Source: an uncultured Acidimicrobiia bacterium (GTDB taxonomy: Bacteria; Actinomycetota; Acidimicrobiia; IMCC26256; JAENVU01). Taken from it: a stretch of DNA of 64,000 nt. Positions 32,558 to 42,093 of this stretch are shown piece after piece. The stretch is from NCBI GenBank assembly GCA_963847815.1, contig CAWKBF010000001.1:101184-165183 (forward strand), read 5' to 3'. The position numbers and the translations under genes were made by a program. Numbering within the stretch: the stretch's first letter is position 1; each line of letters begins with the position of its first letter. The notes under the pieces are model-generated. The model saw nothing but the letters and a program-made list of their open reading frames with translations, was not told the DNA's origin and ran no database searches.

Positions 32558-33376
32558 GAGGTTGCGGATCATCTCGTTGAGCGTGTCCTTCAGGACCGCG
32601 ACCTCGCCGCTGGCCTCGACGCGCACCTGCCGGGTGAGGTCGCCCTCGGTCACCGCGGTGGCCACCTCGGCGATGGCTCGCACCTGGTTGGTGAGGTTGG
32701 CGGCGAGCTGGTTCACGTTGTCGGTGAGGTCCTTCCAGACCCCGCCGACCTCCTTCGACTGGGCCTGGCCGCCGAGCTTGCCCTCGACGCCCACCTCGCG
32801 CGCGACTCGGGTCACCTCGCCCGCGAACGCGTTGAGCTGGTCGACCATCGCGTTGACGGTGTTCTTCAGCTCGAGGAACTCGCCCTTCACGTCGATCGAG
32901 ATCTTCTTGCTCAGGTCGCCGTTCGCGACCGCGGTCGTGACCTCGGCGATGTTCCGCACCTGGCCGGTCAGGTTGCCGGCCATGAGGTTCACGTTGTCGG
33001 TCAGGTCCTTCCAGACGCCGCCGACCTCGATGGTGACCGCGGCGGCCTGGCCGAGCTTGCCTTCGGTGCCGACCTCGCGCGCGACCCGGGTCACCTCGGA
33101 GATGAACCCGTTGAGCTGGTCGACCATCGCGTTGATCGTGTTCTTCAGCTCGAGCATCTCGCCCCGCACGTCGGCCGACACCTTCTTGCTCAGGTCGCCG
33201 TCGGCGACCGCGCCGATCACGCGCTGCATCTCGATCGTCGGGCGCACGAGGTCGTCGATCAGGCTGTTGACCGACTCGACGCTGTCGGACCAACCCTGCG
33301 TCCAGCCGCCGAGCACCATGCGCTGCGAGAGCTGGCCCTGCTTGCCGACGACCTGGCTCACCCGCGCGAGCTCGGT
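32558..33376 (-). repeat. three in-frame 279-nt (93-aa) di-HAMP units
   Basis: gttgagctggtcgaccatcgcgttga.ggtgttcttcagctcgag recurs at 32831 and 33110. At protein level the units run [15 protein letters not shown]...[13 protein letters not shown]...GDLSKK...[13 protein letters not shown]. Confidence 0.85.
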
Positions 33377-33813
33377 GCCGAGCGCCTGGTTGGCGATGAT
33401 GACGTCGTTGAGCCCGTCGGCGACCTTGCCGGCGACGCCCGTCCAGTCGAGCGGCATGCGGGCGGTGAAGTCGCCGCCCTTGACCTTGGCGAGGACGCTC
33501 AGCAGGACCTTGCGCGTCGACGAGATCGTCGGCGATCAGCGACCGCGGGGTCGGGCATTGCGTGCCTCCAGAATGGAGGACCTGACGTCCAGGCGGGTCC
33601 GCTCGGACATCCGTTCCTCGGAGTCCCATCGGCTCGCCAGAACCGGAAACCTGATGGACGATTGGTGATCGATGATTCCGGCCGGGACGTATGACGGAAA
33701 TGGCGGCTACGTCGCGGTCAAATGCCCGGTGTGGGGGTGACGGTTGGGCGTCACCTGGCGGCGTGCTCGTCCCGCCCTCACGGTTCCATGACGTTCGGGA
33801 GCGACAATGGCGG

Positions 33814-34759
33814 ATGAGGCGCCGGCATCGGCCTCCTCGTCCTCGTCGTCGCCCTGCCCGCGATCGCCGCCGCCTCGTGCGACCCGCCGACCCGCCGAAC
33901 CCGCCGGCGAGCTGCGTCTCCGACCGGCGACGGCGACCCACCGGAACCTGCGGTTCACGGCTTCGCCCGGGGTCGCCGCCAACCTGCAGTCGCTCGATCT
34001 CTACCTCCCGGTGCGGCCGGCCGCGTGTGCGCCGGCGTCCCGGTGGTCGCGTACGTCCACGGCGGCGGGTTCATCAGTCGGGGACAAGGCCAACCAGCTC
34101 GCGGACAAGGTCAACCTCTTCACCCGCGCGGGTTGGGCGTTCGCGAGCCTCAACTACCGGCTGGTCGGTAGCCCCGGGCGCCGGGCCGACGAACGGCATG
34201 TACCCCGCGGCGGAACAGGACGTCGCGGCGGGCATCGGGTACCTCGTCGCCCACGCGGCGCAGTACCGCCTCGACCCGAAGACCGGATCATGCTGCTCGG
34301 CCATTCGTCCGGCGCGAACCTCGTCGCGCTGGTCTCGACCGACGGGTCGCTTCCTCCAGAGCGCCGGCCTCACGCTGCGACGACGTCAGTGTGCACCGCG
34401 CCGCTCGACACGACCTACGACATCCCGCACCAGGTCGCCGGCCGGCGGCACCAACGCGGCGATGTACCGCAACGCGTTCGGCGAACGACCCGGCGGTCTG
34501 GGTCAAGGGCTCGCCGAGCCGCAACGTCGCCGCCGGGAAGGGGATCCCGTCGTTCCACATCGTCACCCGCGGTGCGGCGAGCCGCGATCGCGGAAGCGCA
34601 GGCGTTCGGCACGACGCTGCGAGACGCCGGCGTCTGCGACCGACGTGCAGGTCGCCACCGGGCTCGACCCATGAGGAGGTGAACGACGCGGTCGGTCGCG
34701 CCGGCGACACGGTCATCACGCCGCCCCTGATGACCTTCTACCGGAGCTGTACCAGGTAG
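33814..34759 (+). pseudogene. secreted lipoprotein esterase (alpha/beta hydrolase), about 13 frame changes
   Basis: MRRR (ATG 33814), then a +1 shift at 33826 into IGLLVLVVALPAIAAASC (lipobox). Later pieces hop between all three frames: VPVVAYVHGGGF / GDKANQLADKVNLFTRAGWAFASLNYRL / GPTNGMYPAAEQDVAAGIGYLVAHAAQYRLDPK / RIMLLGHSSGANLVALV / GGTNAAMYRNAFG / NDPAVWVKGSPSRNVAAGKGIPSFHIVTRG / IAEAQAFGTTLRDAG / HEEVNDAVG...FYRSCTR stop. Confidence 0.7.
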
Positions 34760-34857
34760 TCGGGATACGTTGAACTTGGCGCCTCGCGGGTGTCACGCGG
34801 GACGGAGCACCCCGAGACCGCGCCGTAGGGCGCCGTGCACGCGTCCGCCATGCGGAG

Positions 34858-35406
34858 TTGACCGAGCCGAAACACTGCGCTCGTACGGTCACGGGCATGT
34901 ATCACCCACCGCTGATCGAACCAGGCACCGATCTCGTCACCGTCGTCGAGGCCGAGAAGTTCCGGATACGGCCGATGACGGTGCGGGACGCGGTCATCGA
35001 CTACGAGGCCGTCGCCGGGAGCCCGACCGAGCTCGGCACCGCGTTCGGCGACCCGGACGCGGTGCCGATGCCGTACACGTTCGAGCAGGAGATGATCGAG
35101 GTCGGGTGGCACCAGAAGGAGTTCCAGATGGGCTTCTCCTTCTGCTTCATCGTGACCTCGCTCGACGAGGAGCGGAGCTACGGCAACGTCTACGTGTTCC
35201 CCGCGACGCGCGGCGACTACGACGCCGAGGTCTACACGTGGGTCACGAAGGACGTGCTCGACAGTGGCCTCGGTGAGGAGCTGTTCGAGGTCGCGCACAA
35301 GTGGATCGTCGACAGCTGGCCCTTCGAGAACGTCGCGTACCCGGGCCGCGAGATCGATTGGGAGACCTGGGAATCGCTGAAGTCCGAACGGGAGGAAGCC
35401 GCGTGA
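34858..35406 (+). CDS. GNAT-like N-acetyltransferase (tentative)
   Basis: Intact 182-aa ORF; ATG 34897 is also possible. The pattern FRIRPMTVRDA...GFSFCFIVTSL...GNVYVFP resembles RimJ/RimL-type GNATs. The stop overlaps the next start (GTGA at 35403-35406). Confidence 0.5.
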   Translation: MTEPKHCARTVTGMYHPPLIEPGTDLVTVVEAEKFRIRPMTVRDAVIDYEAVAGSPTELGTAFGDPDAVPMPYTFEQEMIEVGWHQKEFQMGFSFCFIVTSLDEERSYGNVYVFPATRGDYDAEVYTWVTKDVLDSGLGEELFEVAHKWIVDSWPFENVAYPGREIDWETWESLKSEREEAA

Positions 35407-36348
35407 TCACGACGACGAGCAACGGGGTGTCGATCCCGTGCGAGGACGGCACCGTGGTGACCGTGACGCCGATCGGCGGGCTCTTCGGCGCGACCGTCTC
35501 GGGCGTCGATCTCTCGAAGCCGCTCCATCCGTCGGTCGTCGCGGTGATCGACCAGGCGTTCGTCGCCTGGCACGTGCTGCGGTTCCCGGACCAGGACCTC
35601 ACGCCTGCGGACGAGGTGCGGGCCATGGGGTACTTCGACGACGGCGTCTACACCGAGCTCGACGGCGCGGCCGCGATCCCGGAGTAGCCGGCGATCCAGA
35701 TCGTCAGCAACATCGAGGTCGACGGCAAGGCCATCGGGTACACGAACAAGCGCGGCATGGAGTGGCATTCGGACCTGAGTGGCATGCCCGTGATGCCGAA
35801 AGCCTCGATGATGTACGCGATCGAGGTGCCGGAGACGGGGGGCGAGACGTACTTCGCGAACGGTCACCTCGCGTACGAGACGCTGCCCGTCCACGAGCGC
35901 CAGTACCTCGAAGGGCTGCGACTCCACCTACAGCTGGGTCACGCTCCAGAAGTGGCTCGCCGAGGCGAGCGGCACGTGGGAGCCGTACGACGCCGAGACC
36001 GCGGCGAAGTATCCGGACGTGGTGCGCCCACTCGTGCGCGTGCACCCGGTGACGGGTCGCAAGGCGCTCTTCTTCTCGATCGAGGAGATCATCGAGCTGA
36101 CCGGCCTCGACACCAAGGAGACGCGCGCGCTGCTCGAGCGGCTCATCGAGCACATGACGACGACGCCGCACGTCGTGTACCGCCACGACTGGACCGTCGG
36201 CGATCTGCTCGTCTGGGACAACCGGTGCCTGATGCACAGCGTCTGTGAGTACAACTACGAAGGCCAGCGACGGCTGATGCACCAGCTGAACGGCGCGGAC
36301 GACACGTCGGCGGAGCAGACGATCGCGGTGCTCCCGGTCAGCGTGTGA
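35403..36348 (+). pseudogene. TauD/TfdA family Fe(II)/2-oxoglutarate dioxygenase, in-frame TAG plus one frameshift
   Basis: GTG 35403 (VITTTSNGV...). TAG at 35685-35687 interrupts AAIPE*PAIQIVSNIEVDGKAIGYTNKRGMEWHSD in the same frame. A +1 shift near 35915 leads into STYSWVTLQKW...VVRPLVRVHPVTGRKALF...WDNRCLMHS (ORF 36019..36348). Confidence 0.75.
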
Positions 36349-36389
36349 CAAGGTTCGGGACGGGTCTGTTCCAACTCTGACGGATGGCG

Positions 36390-36403
36390 TTACGGCTCCG
36401 TAA
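36390..36403 (+). promoter_or_regulatory. 14-bp palindrome TTACGG-CT-CCGTAA upstream of the Rieske gene (candidate operator)
   Basis: Perfect 6-bp inverted arms in the 154-nt gap before GTG 36503. A second inverted repeat, GCGACAC...GTGTCGC, lies about 40 nt downstream. RBS GAGGAGGA precedes the start. Confidence 0.25.
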
Positions 36404-36502
36404 ACGCTGCCTTCTGACGTTGCTTTCGGGCAACGCGACACCCGAGAGTGGGCTGAGTCGCGTGTCGCACGCGGCGGCGTTCCCACGAGGAGGACCCATA
36501 CC

Positions 36503-37603
36503 GTGACCGGCGTGCTCGACCACAGCGAGGTTTCGGACCGGCCGACCTACCGCCTGCCGCCGGAGGCGTACTTCGAGCCTTCCTGGTACGAGCTCGAGGT
36601 GAAGGAGCTCTTCGGCAAGACCTGGAACCTCGTCGGCCACGAGTCCAACCTCAAGGCGTCCGGCGACTTCATCACCTCGAAGGTCGGTGCCGATCCCGTC
36701 GTCGTGGTGCGCACGCCCGAGGGTGGGTTGAGCGGCTACCTCAACATGTGCCGGCACCGCGGGATGGCGATCGCGTGCGGCTCGGGCAACTGTGGTGACT
36801 CACTGCGCTGCGGCTACCACGGCTGGGAGTTCAGCCTCGACGAAGGCGCGCTCACACGGGTGCCCCAGCGCAAGACCCAGTTCCCCGACATCAACGCGGA
36901 GGCGCTCGGGCTCTACACGGTCGCCGTGGCCACGTGGGGCGGCTTCGTCTTCGTGCACCCCGACCCGACGCAGGCGGACACGTTCGACGAGTGGTTGGGC
37001 GACTTCCCCGAGAAGATGGGGAAGTACCCGTGGGCCGAGCTCGTCGAGGTCGGCACCGAGACCGTGCCGCTCAAGTGCAACTGGAAGCTCTACATCGAGA
37101 ACCACATCGACTGGCTGCACCTCTGGTACCTCCACGAGGCGACCCTCAAGCAGTACGACCACCACGCATCGACCTACGCGACGACCGGTCTGCACTGGTA
37201 CTCGCACGAGACGCTCCGGGACGGCCAGCCGGTGTACGACCCGGCCGGAGTGCGCCCGATCCCCGGCGTCTCCGATGCCGAGGTCAAGACCCTGCGCGCC
37301 AACATGTTCTTCCCGAACGTTCCGGTCGCGACGCTGGGCAACATCGTGCAGACCTATGCGGTCATCCCGACCGGCCCGGAGACGTGCTACCTCGACATCC
37401 GCAGCTACGGGGCTCCGGGGTCGGTCATCACCGACCAGACGCGCGCTGAAGGCCTGGTCGTCCTGCGCGACGAGGACGGGGTGGCGTGTGAGCAGATGCA
37501 GGTGGTGATGCACTCGCCGCGCTTCGAAGTCGGTCCGATCGCGATCGAGCACGAGCGCCCGATCGCCGACTTCCACCGCAACCTGCTGACCTTCCTGAGC
37601 TGA
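36503..37603 (+). CDS. Rieske [2Fe-2S] non-haem iron oxygenase alpha subunit
   Basis: Rieske motif CRHRG...CGYHGW. Catalytic-domain motif CNWKLYIENHIDWLHLWYLH. Intact at 366 aa. Confidence 0.85.
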   Translation: MTGVLDHSEVSDRPTYRLPPEAYFEPSWYELEVKELFGKTWNLVGHESNLKASGDFITSKVGADPVVVVRTPEGGLSGYLNMCRHRGMAIACGSGNCGDSLRCGYHGWEFSLDEGALTRVPQRKTQFPDINAEALGLYTVAVATWGGFVFVHPDPTQADTFDEWLGDFPEKMGKYPWAELVEVGTETVPLKCNWKLYIENHIDWLHLWYLHEATLKQYDHHASTYATTGLHWYSHETLRDGQPVYDPAGVRPIPGVSDAEVKTLRANMFFPNVPVATLGNIVQTYAVIPTGPETCYLDIRSYGAPGSVITDQTRAEGLVVLRDEDGVACEQMQVVMHSPRFEVGPIAIEHERPIADFHRNLLTFLS

Positions 37604-37741
37604 CAGCACGAACGCGCGCGTCTGTTCACGCGTCGGTCATGACGGGTGAACGGGAGGGTCACGTGGGCAACAGGTCCGCGTTACCCGAGGTTCTCTCCAC
37701 CCACACGGCGGGGCAACGCTCGCTTCCTACCTTGACGCTTG

Positions 37742-38597
37742 ATGGCGCGTCGATGGAGCGAGGCAACCTGGCCCGAGCTGACTGACCTCGCCGAATCGCG
37801 CGAGGTCGGCCTGGTTCCGGTCGGCGCGACAGAGCAGCACGGTCCGCACCTCCCGACCGCGACCGACACGATCATCGCCACCGCGATGTGCGAGGCCGCG
37901 AGCGACCTGTGCGGCGCGCCGGTGCTGCCGGCGATCCCGCTCGGCGCCAGCTACGGGCACGGCACCGTGCTGCCGGGCACGATCTCCGCGACGCCCGGAT
38001 CTGCTGGCCGCGATCGTCCGTCAGTACGCGGAGTGGGCGGCCGCATCCGGGCTGACTGCGGCTGCTGTTCGTCAACGCCCACTTCGGCAACTCCGCGTCG
38101 CTCGGCGTCGCGACCGACCACCTTCGGCTGTTCCGGCCGGACCTGCGCGTCGGCGTCGTCGAGTGGTGGTCGCTGGACCCGCTCGTCGCGCGCCGAGATG
38201 ATCGCCGACGGCGACGACCTGCACGCCAACCGCGGCGAGACGTCGGTGATGCTCGCGGTCGCGCCCGAGCTCGTCGACCACGACGAGATGATGCGCGCCG
38301 ACGACCCGGACCGCACTGCGGACCTGGTGTTCCGCTACACCGCGCCGAGCCTCTCGACCAACGGCGTGACGGGGCGGCCGTCGGAAGCCACGCCGGAGCT
38401 GGGTCGCATGCTCCTCGAGCGGACCGCCGACGCGCTCGCCGGGATGGTCGAGCGCGGTCGGGTCGAGGAGCCGCCGCTCGGACCGGCGCCCTTTCCCACG
38501 CTCACCATGCCGCCGGCCGTCGCGCCCACCACGCCGCGCGGCACCCGACACGAACCGCCAGAACGCAAACGGGCAGACCACCACCGGGAGGAACTGA
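37742..38597 (+). pseudogene. creatininase-family amidohydrolase, at least 3 frame changes, C-terminus unresolved
   Basis: MARRWSEATWPELTD...VGATEQHGPHLP. The expected middle (DLLAAIVRQYAEWAAASGL / LLFVNAHFGNSASLGVATDHLRLFRPDLRVGVVEWW) lies in the other two frames between about 37997, 38060 and 38192. The net shift is 3 nt, so ORF 37739..39157 stays open. The only nearby stop is TGA 38595-38597 in another frame. Confidence 0.65.
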
Positions 38598-39966
38598 TGG
38601 ACACCGTCCAGGACGTCACCGAAGAGCACCGCAAGCTCGCCGCGGACCTGGGTGCGCAGGGGGTCGAGTACGTGGTCGGCGCCTACGTCGACATCCTCGG
38701 GCGCTCGAAGTCCAAGGTCGTCCCGATCGAGCACCTGCCGAACCTGCTCGCGGGCTCGGAGCGGTACACGCCGCGGGGCATCGGCGACCTCGGGCAGATG
38801 ACGCCCAACGAAGACGAGTGCGTCGCGATGCCGGACCTTTCGACGTTGCGGATCATGCCGTGGGACCGGCGGTTCGCGTGGATGGCCGCCGACCTCCTCT
38901 TCGGTGGCACCGAGCCGTTCGCGCACTGCACCCGCTCCGTCCTCAAGCGCGAGGTCGACCGTGCCGCGGGCCTCGGCTTCGGGTTCAACCTCGGGGTCGA
39001 GACCGAGATCTACGCGTACAAGCCGGATGCGATCGAGCGCGACCGGCTACCTCGGCCCGATGGCGCCGAGCGGCTCGATGAAGCCGACGCCCGCCTACGA
39101 CGTCGAGGCGACGATGGACGCGATGCCGTTCCTCGGCCCGATGGTCGAAGGCGATGAACGAGACCGGGTTCGGAGTCTTCAGCTTCGACCACGAAGGTGG
39201 CGACGCGCAGTTCGAGTTCGACTTCGACTTCGCGCCCGCACTCGAGATGGCGGACAAGATCACGTTCTTCCGGCTGATGGCGAAGCAGATCGCCAAGCAG
39301 AACGACCTCGCGGTCACCTTCATGCCGAAGCCGTACACCGAGGCGTGGGGCTCGGGCCACCACTTCAACATGAGCCTCGTCGATCTCGAGTCGGGGCAGA
39401 ACCTCTTCCGTGACGCTGACGGCCCTCGCGGCTGGAGCAAGACGTGTTACTCGTTCCTGGCCGGGATCCTGAAGCACTCCGCCGCGATCGCGGCGATCGC
39501 GACTCCGACGGTCAACTCGTACAAGCGGATGGTGCCGCGGCTCGCGGACGGGTGCATCTCGTGGGCGCCGGTGTGGGCTGCGTACGGCGACAACAACCGT
39601 TCGTGCATGCTCCGCCTGCCGCACAACCGGCCTGCGATCGAGAACCGCGCGGTGGACTCCGCCGCGAACACGTACCTCGCGTCGGCGTTCATGCTCGCCG
39701 CGGGGCTCGAAGGGATGGCAGACAGCCTCGATCCCGGCGAGCCGATCGAGGACATGACCTACGACTGGTCGAAGCGCAGTGACGGGGTGCGCCTGCCGCG
39801 CAACCTGCTCGAGGCGATCGACGCGTTCGAGGCCGACCCACTCACCCACGAGGTCTTCTCGCCGCAGTTCGTGAGCGCGTACACCGAGATGAAGAACGAC
39901 GAATGGCAGCTGTACCACTCGCAGGTCAGTGAGTGGGAGCGCGAGCACTACCTGAGCCTCTTCTGA
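38597..39966 (+). pseudogene. glutamine synthetase-like gamma-glutamyl ligase, 2 frameshifts
   Basis: ATG 38597 follows GGGAGGA. MDTVQDVTEEHRKLAADLGAQGVEYVVGAYVDILGRSK... Then +1 at 39044 (GAC C GGC) into GYLGPMAPSGSMKPTPAYDVEATMDAMPF, and +1 at 39150 into ORF 39154..39966 (MNETGFGVFSFDHEGG...NSYKRMVP...). Confidence 0.75.
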
Positions 39967-40640
39967 TGTTGGTCGGCCTGGTGATCGGCCGGTATCCACC
40001 GGACCGATTCTCGATGCACCGCGGCTACATCGATGCGCTGTGCGCGCTCGGGGTCACGCCGCTGATCGTGCCGGCCGGTGGTCCGGTCGGGCACGCGGTC
40101 GCCGCCGAGCTGCTCGAACGGTGCGACGCGCTGATCGCGACCGGCGGTGGTGACCTCGAGCCGTCGACCTACGGCGCGGAGTCGTCGGGTGACCTGATGG
40201 AGACCGACGCGGGTCGCGATGCGATCGACCTGTGGGCGGTGCGCGACTTCCACTCGCGGGGGCGTCCAGTCCTCGGCATCTGTCGCGGTGCGCAGACGCT
40301 CGCGATCGCGATGGGCGGCACGCTCGTCCAGGATCTCCCCACGGCCGGGATCCACGGGCACTGGGACGAGGAGCGCCAGTACGAGCCGGTGCACGGGATC
40401 GAAGCGGACCCGGGCTCGTGTGCCGCCGATGCGCTCGCCGGGGTGACCGAGGTGAACTCGATCCACCATCAGGCGATCGCCACCCTGGGTCCGGACCTGC
40501 GGGCGACCGCGTGGAGCCCCGACGGAGTGATCGAGGCTGCGGAGGCGCCGGGAGTGCTCGCCTTGCAGTGGCACCCCGAACGCCTGCTGCAGCACGACCC
40601 GCGCCACCTCGCGCCGTTCGAATGGCTGGTGAAGGCATGA
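39966..40640 (+). CDS. class I glutamine amidotransferase-like peptidase C26 (gamma-glutamyl-amine hydrolase, PuuD-like)
   Basis: The ATG overlaps the GS-like stop (TGATG). Nucleophile GICRGAQ, plus SIHHQAI and LQWHPE motifs. Confidence 0.8.
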   Translation: MLVGLVIGRYPPDRFSMHRGYIDALCALGVTPLIVPAGGPVGHAVAAELLERCDALIATGGGDLEPSTYGAESSGDLMETDAGRDAIDLWAVRDFHSRGRPVLGICRGAQTLAIAMGGTLVQDLPTAGIHGHWDEERQYEPVHGIEADPGSCAADALAGVTEVNSIHHQAIATLGPDLRATAWSPDGVIEAAEAPGVLALQWHPERLLQHDPRHLAPFEWLVKA

Positions 40641-41423
40641 GTCCCCGCAGCGGTCGGGTCGCCGTGATCACCGGCGGCGGGCGCGGCCTCGGGCGGGGGA
40701 TCGCGATTGCCCTCGCGGATGCGGGCCACGACCTGGTGATCGGTTGGAACCGCGACGCGGTGTCGGCGGCCGAGACCGCCGACGCGGTCCGGTCGCGGGG
40801 GCGTGAGGTCGAGCTGGTCTTCGGAGACGTGGCCGAGGTCCAGACCGCGAAGGTGCTCGTGGAGGCCGCGGTCACGGGGCTCGGCGGGCTCGATGTGTGG
40901 GTGAACAACGCAGGTGTCTCGATGATCGCGCCGGTGCTCGAGACACCGGCGAGCGAGATGGAGCGCATGCTCTCGGTCAACGTCATCGGCACGCTGCACG
41001 GGATGCAGACCGCGGCGCTGACGATGCTCGAGCGCCGGAGTGGGGGTCGCGTCATCAACCTCGCGTCGGATGCAGGCCTCCAGGGGTTCCCGAACCTCGG
41101 TGGCTACGCCGCGACGAAGTTCGCGGTCGTCGCGCTGACCCAGACGGCCGCGCTCGAGCTGGCCCGCGACGGCATCACCGTCAACGCGGTGTGCCCCGGC
41201 ACCGCCGAGACCGCGATGAACCACGCCGAGTGGAAGGCGGAGCGGTCGATCTCCGGCCTGACCATTGACGACGTCCGCCAGAGCTACCTCGCGCAGATCC
41301 CGGCGGGCCGGTTCTGCACCCCCGAGGACGTCGGCGCCGCGGTCGCGTACCTGGCCGGCCCGGGCGCGGTCCTTCGTCACCGGGCAGTCCATCTGCGTCA
41401 ACGGCGGAACGGTCCTCCATTGA
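40637..41423 (+). pseudogene. SDR family oxidoreductase, one frameshift near the 3' end
   Basis: ATGA overlap with the upstream gene. VITGGGRGLGRG Rossmann motif and YAATKFAV catalytic motif. A +1 shift at about 41369 (GCG G TCC) restores the canonical C-terminus SFVTGQSICVNGGTVLH, with stop at 41421-41423. Confidence 0.75.
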
Positions 41424-41460
41424 CGACTCGCCAACGACACCACCTGGGAAGGGAGCACCC

Positions 41461-42093
41461 ATGCGCCAACCGATGATCGTCGATCGACCCGCATTGATCG
41501 TGGTCGACATGCAGAAGGGGGGCGGCCTTCCGCTCGACGAGGTCGGCATCCCCGTGATGCCCGGCTACGAGGAACAGGTGCCGCGCGCGGTCGCCATGGT
41601 GGAAGCCGCGCGCGCGGCCGGGATCCCGGTGATCTTCTTCCAGGAGGTCCACCGGCGCAGCCTGATCGACTTCGGTCGCGAGCTCGACGGCGTCGAGACC
41701 ATCCATGGGCTCGACGGCGACCGGGCGACCGAGCTCGACGACCGTCTGCTGCCGCAACCCGGTGACGACCACATCGTCAAGCGGCGCTACTCGGGCTTCT
41801 TCGGCACCGAGCTCGACATCCTCCTGAAGGGCCTGGGCGTCAGCACGTTGGTGCTGATCGGTGGCCTCACCGATGTGTGCGTCCACTACACGTTCGTCGA
41901 CGGCCATCAGCGGGACTTCTACATGCGTGTCGTCGAGGACTGCGTCCTCGGGTCGTCGCAACCCGCACACGACGCGTCACTCAACGCGATGGAGTATCTG
42001 CAGGCCGGCGCCCGTCGCACGACAGACGAGGTGCTCGAAGCGTTCTCCGCGCACGCTGAGCTGCTCGGCGCGCCGGTCGAGGTGCCGGCGTGA
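41461..42093 (+). CDS. isochorismatase-family cysteine hydrolase
   Basis: ALIVVDMQKG, KRRYSGFFGT, and catalytic Cys in GGLTDVCVHYT. RBS GGGAAGGGAG upstream. Confidence 0.85.
   Translation: MRQPMIVDRPALIVVDMQKGGGLPLDEVGIPVMPGYEEQVPRAVAMVEAARAAGIPVIFFQEVHRRSLIDFGRELDGVETIHGLDGDRATELDDRLLPQPGDDHIVKRRYSGFFGTELDILLKGLGVSTLVLIGGLTDVCVHYTFVDGHQRDFYMRVVEDCVLGSSQPAHDASLNAMEYLQAGARRTTDEVLEAFSAHAELLGAPVEVPA

Noticed and set aside
32558-33376. 279-nt tandem repeats as CRISPR or VNTR
   Set aside because: The repeats are in-frame protein-domain (di-HAMP) units. They are diverged at the DNA level, have no spacer/repeat architecture, and sit inside a CDS.
33536-33538. TGA read as selenocysteine
   Set aside because: I saw no SECIS-like hairpin immediately downstream. 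The position is a non-catalytic N-terminal segment, and the window is full of other lesions.
33807-33830. ATG 33807 (MADEAPASASSSSSS...) as the esterase start
   Set aside because: This frame gives a Ser/Pro-rich non-signal N-terminus. ATG 33814 plus one +1 shift gives a textbook lipoprotein signal (MRRR-IGLLVLVVALPAIAAASC).
32319-33941. Long alternative-frame ORFs over the HAMP array (32319..33668 +, 32411..33694 +, 32391..33941 -)
   Set aside because: The repetitive, GC3-rich HAMP coding sequence keeps several frames open. Only the frame of ORF 32048..33457 gives HAMP heptad patterns.
37739-39157. 472-aa creatininase/GS fusion protein
   Set aside because: The residues encoded between about 37997 and 38192 are out of frame, with the conserved creatininase core in the other two frames. 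The GS-like part has its own RBS and ATG at 38597.
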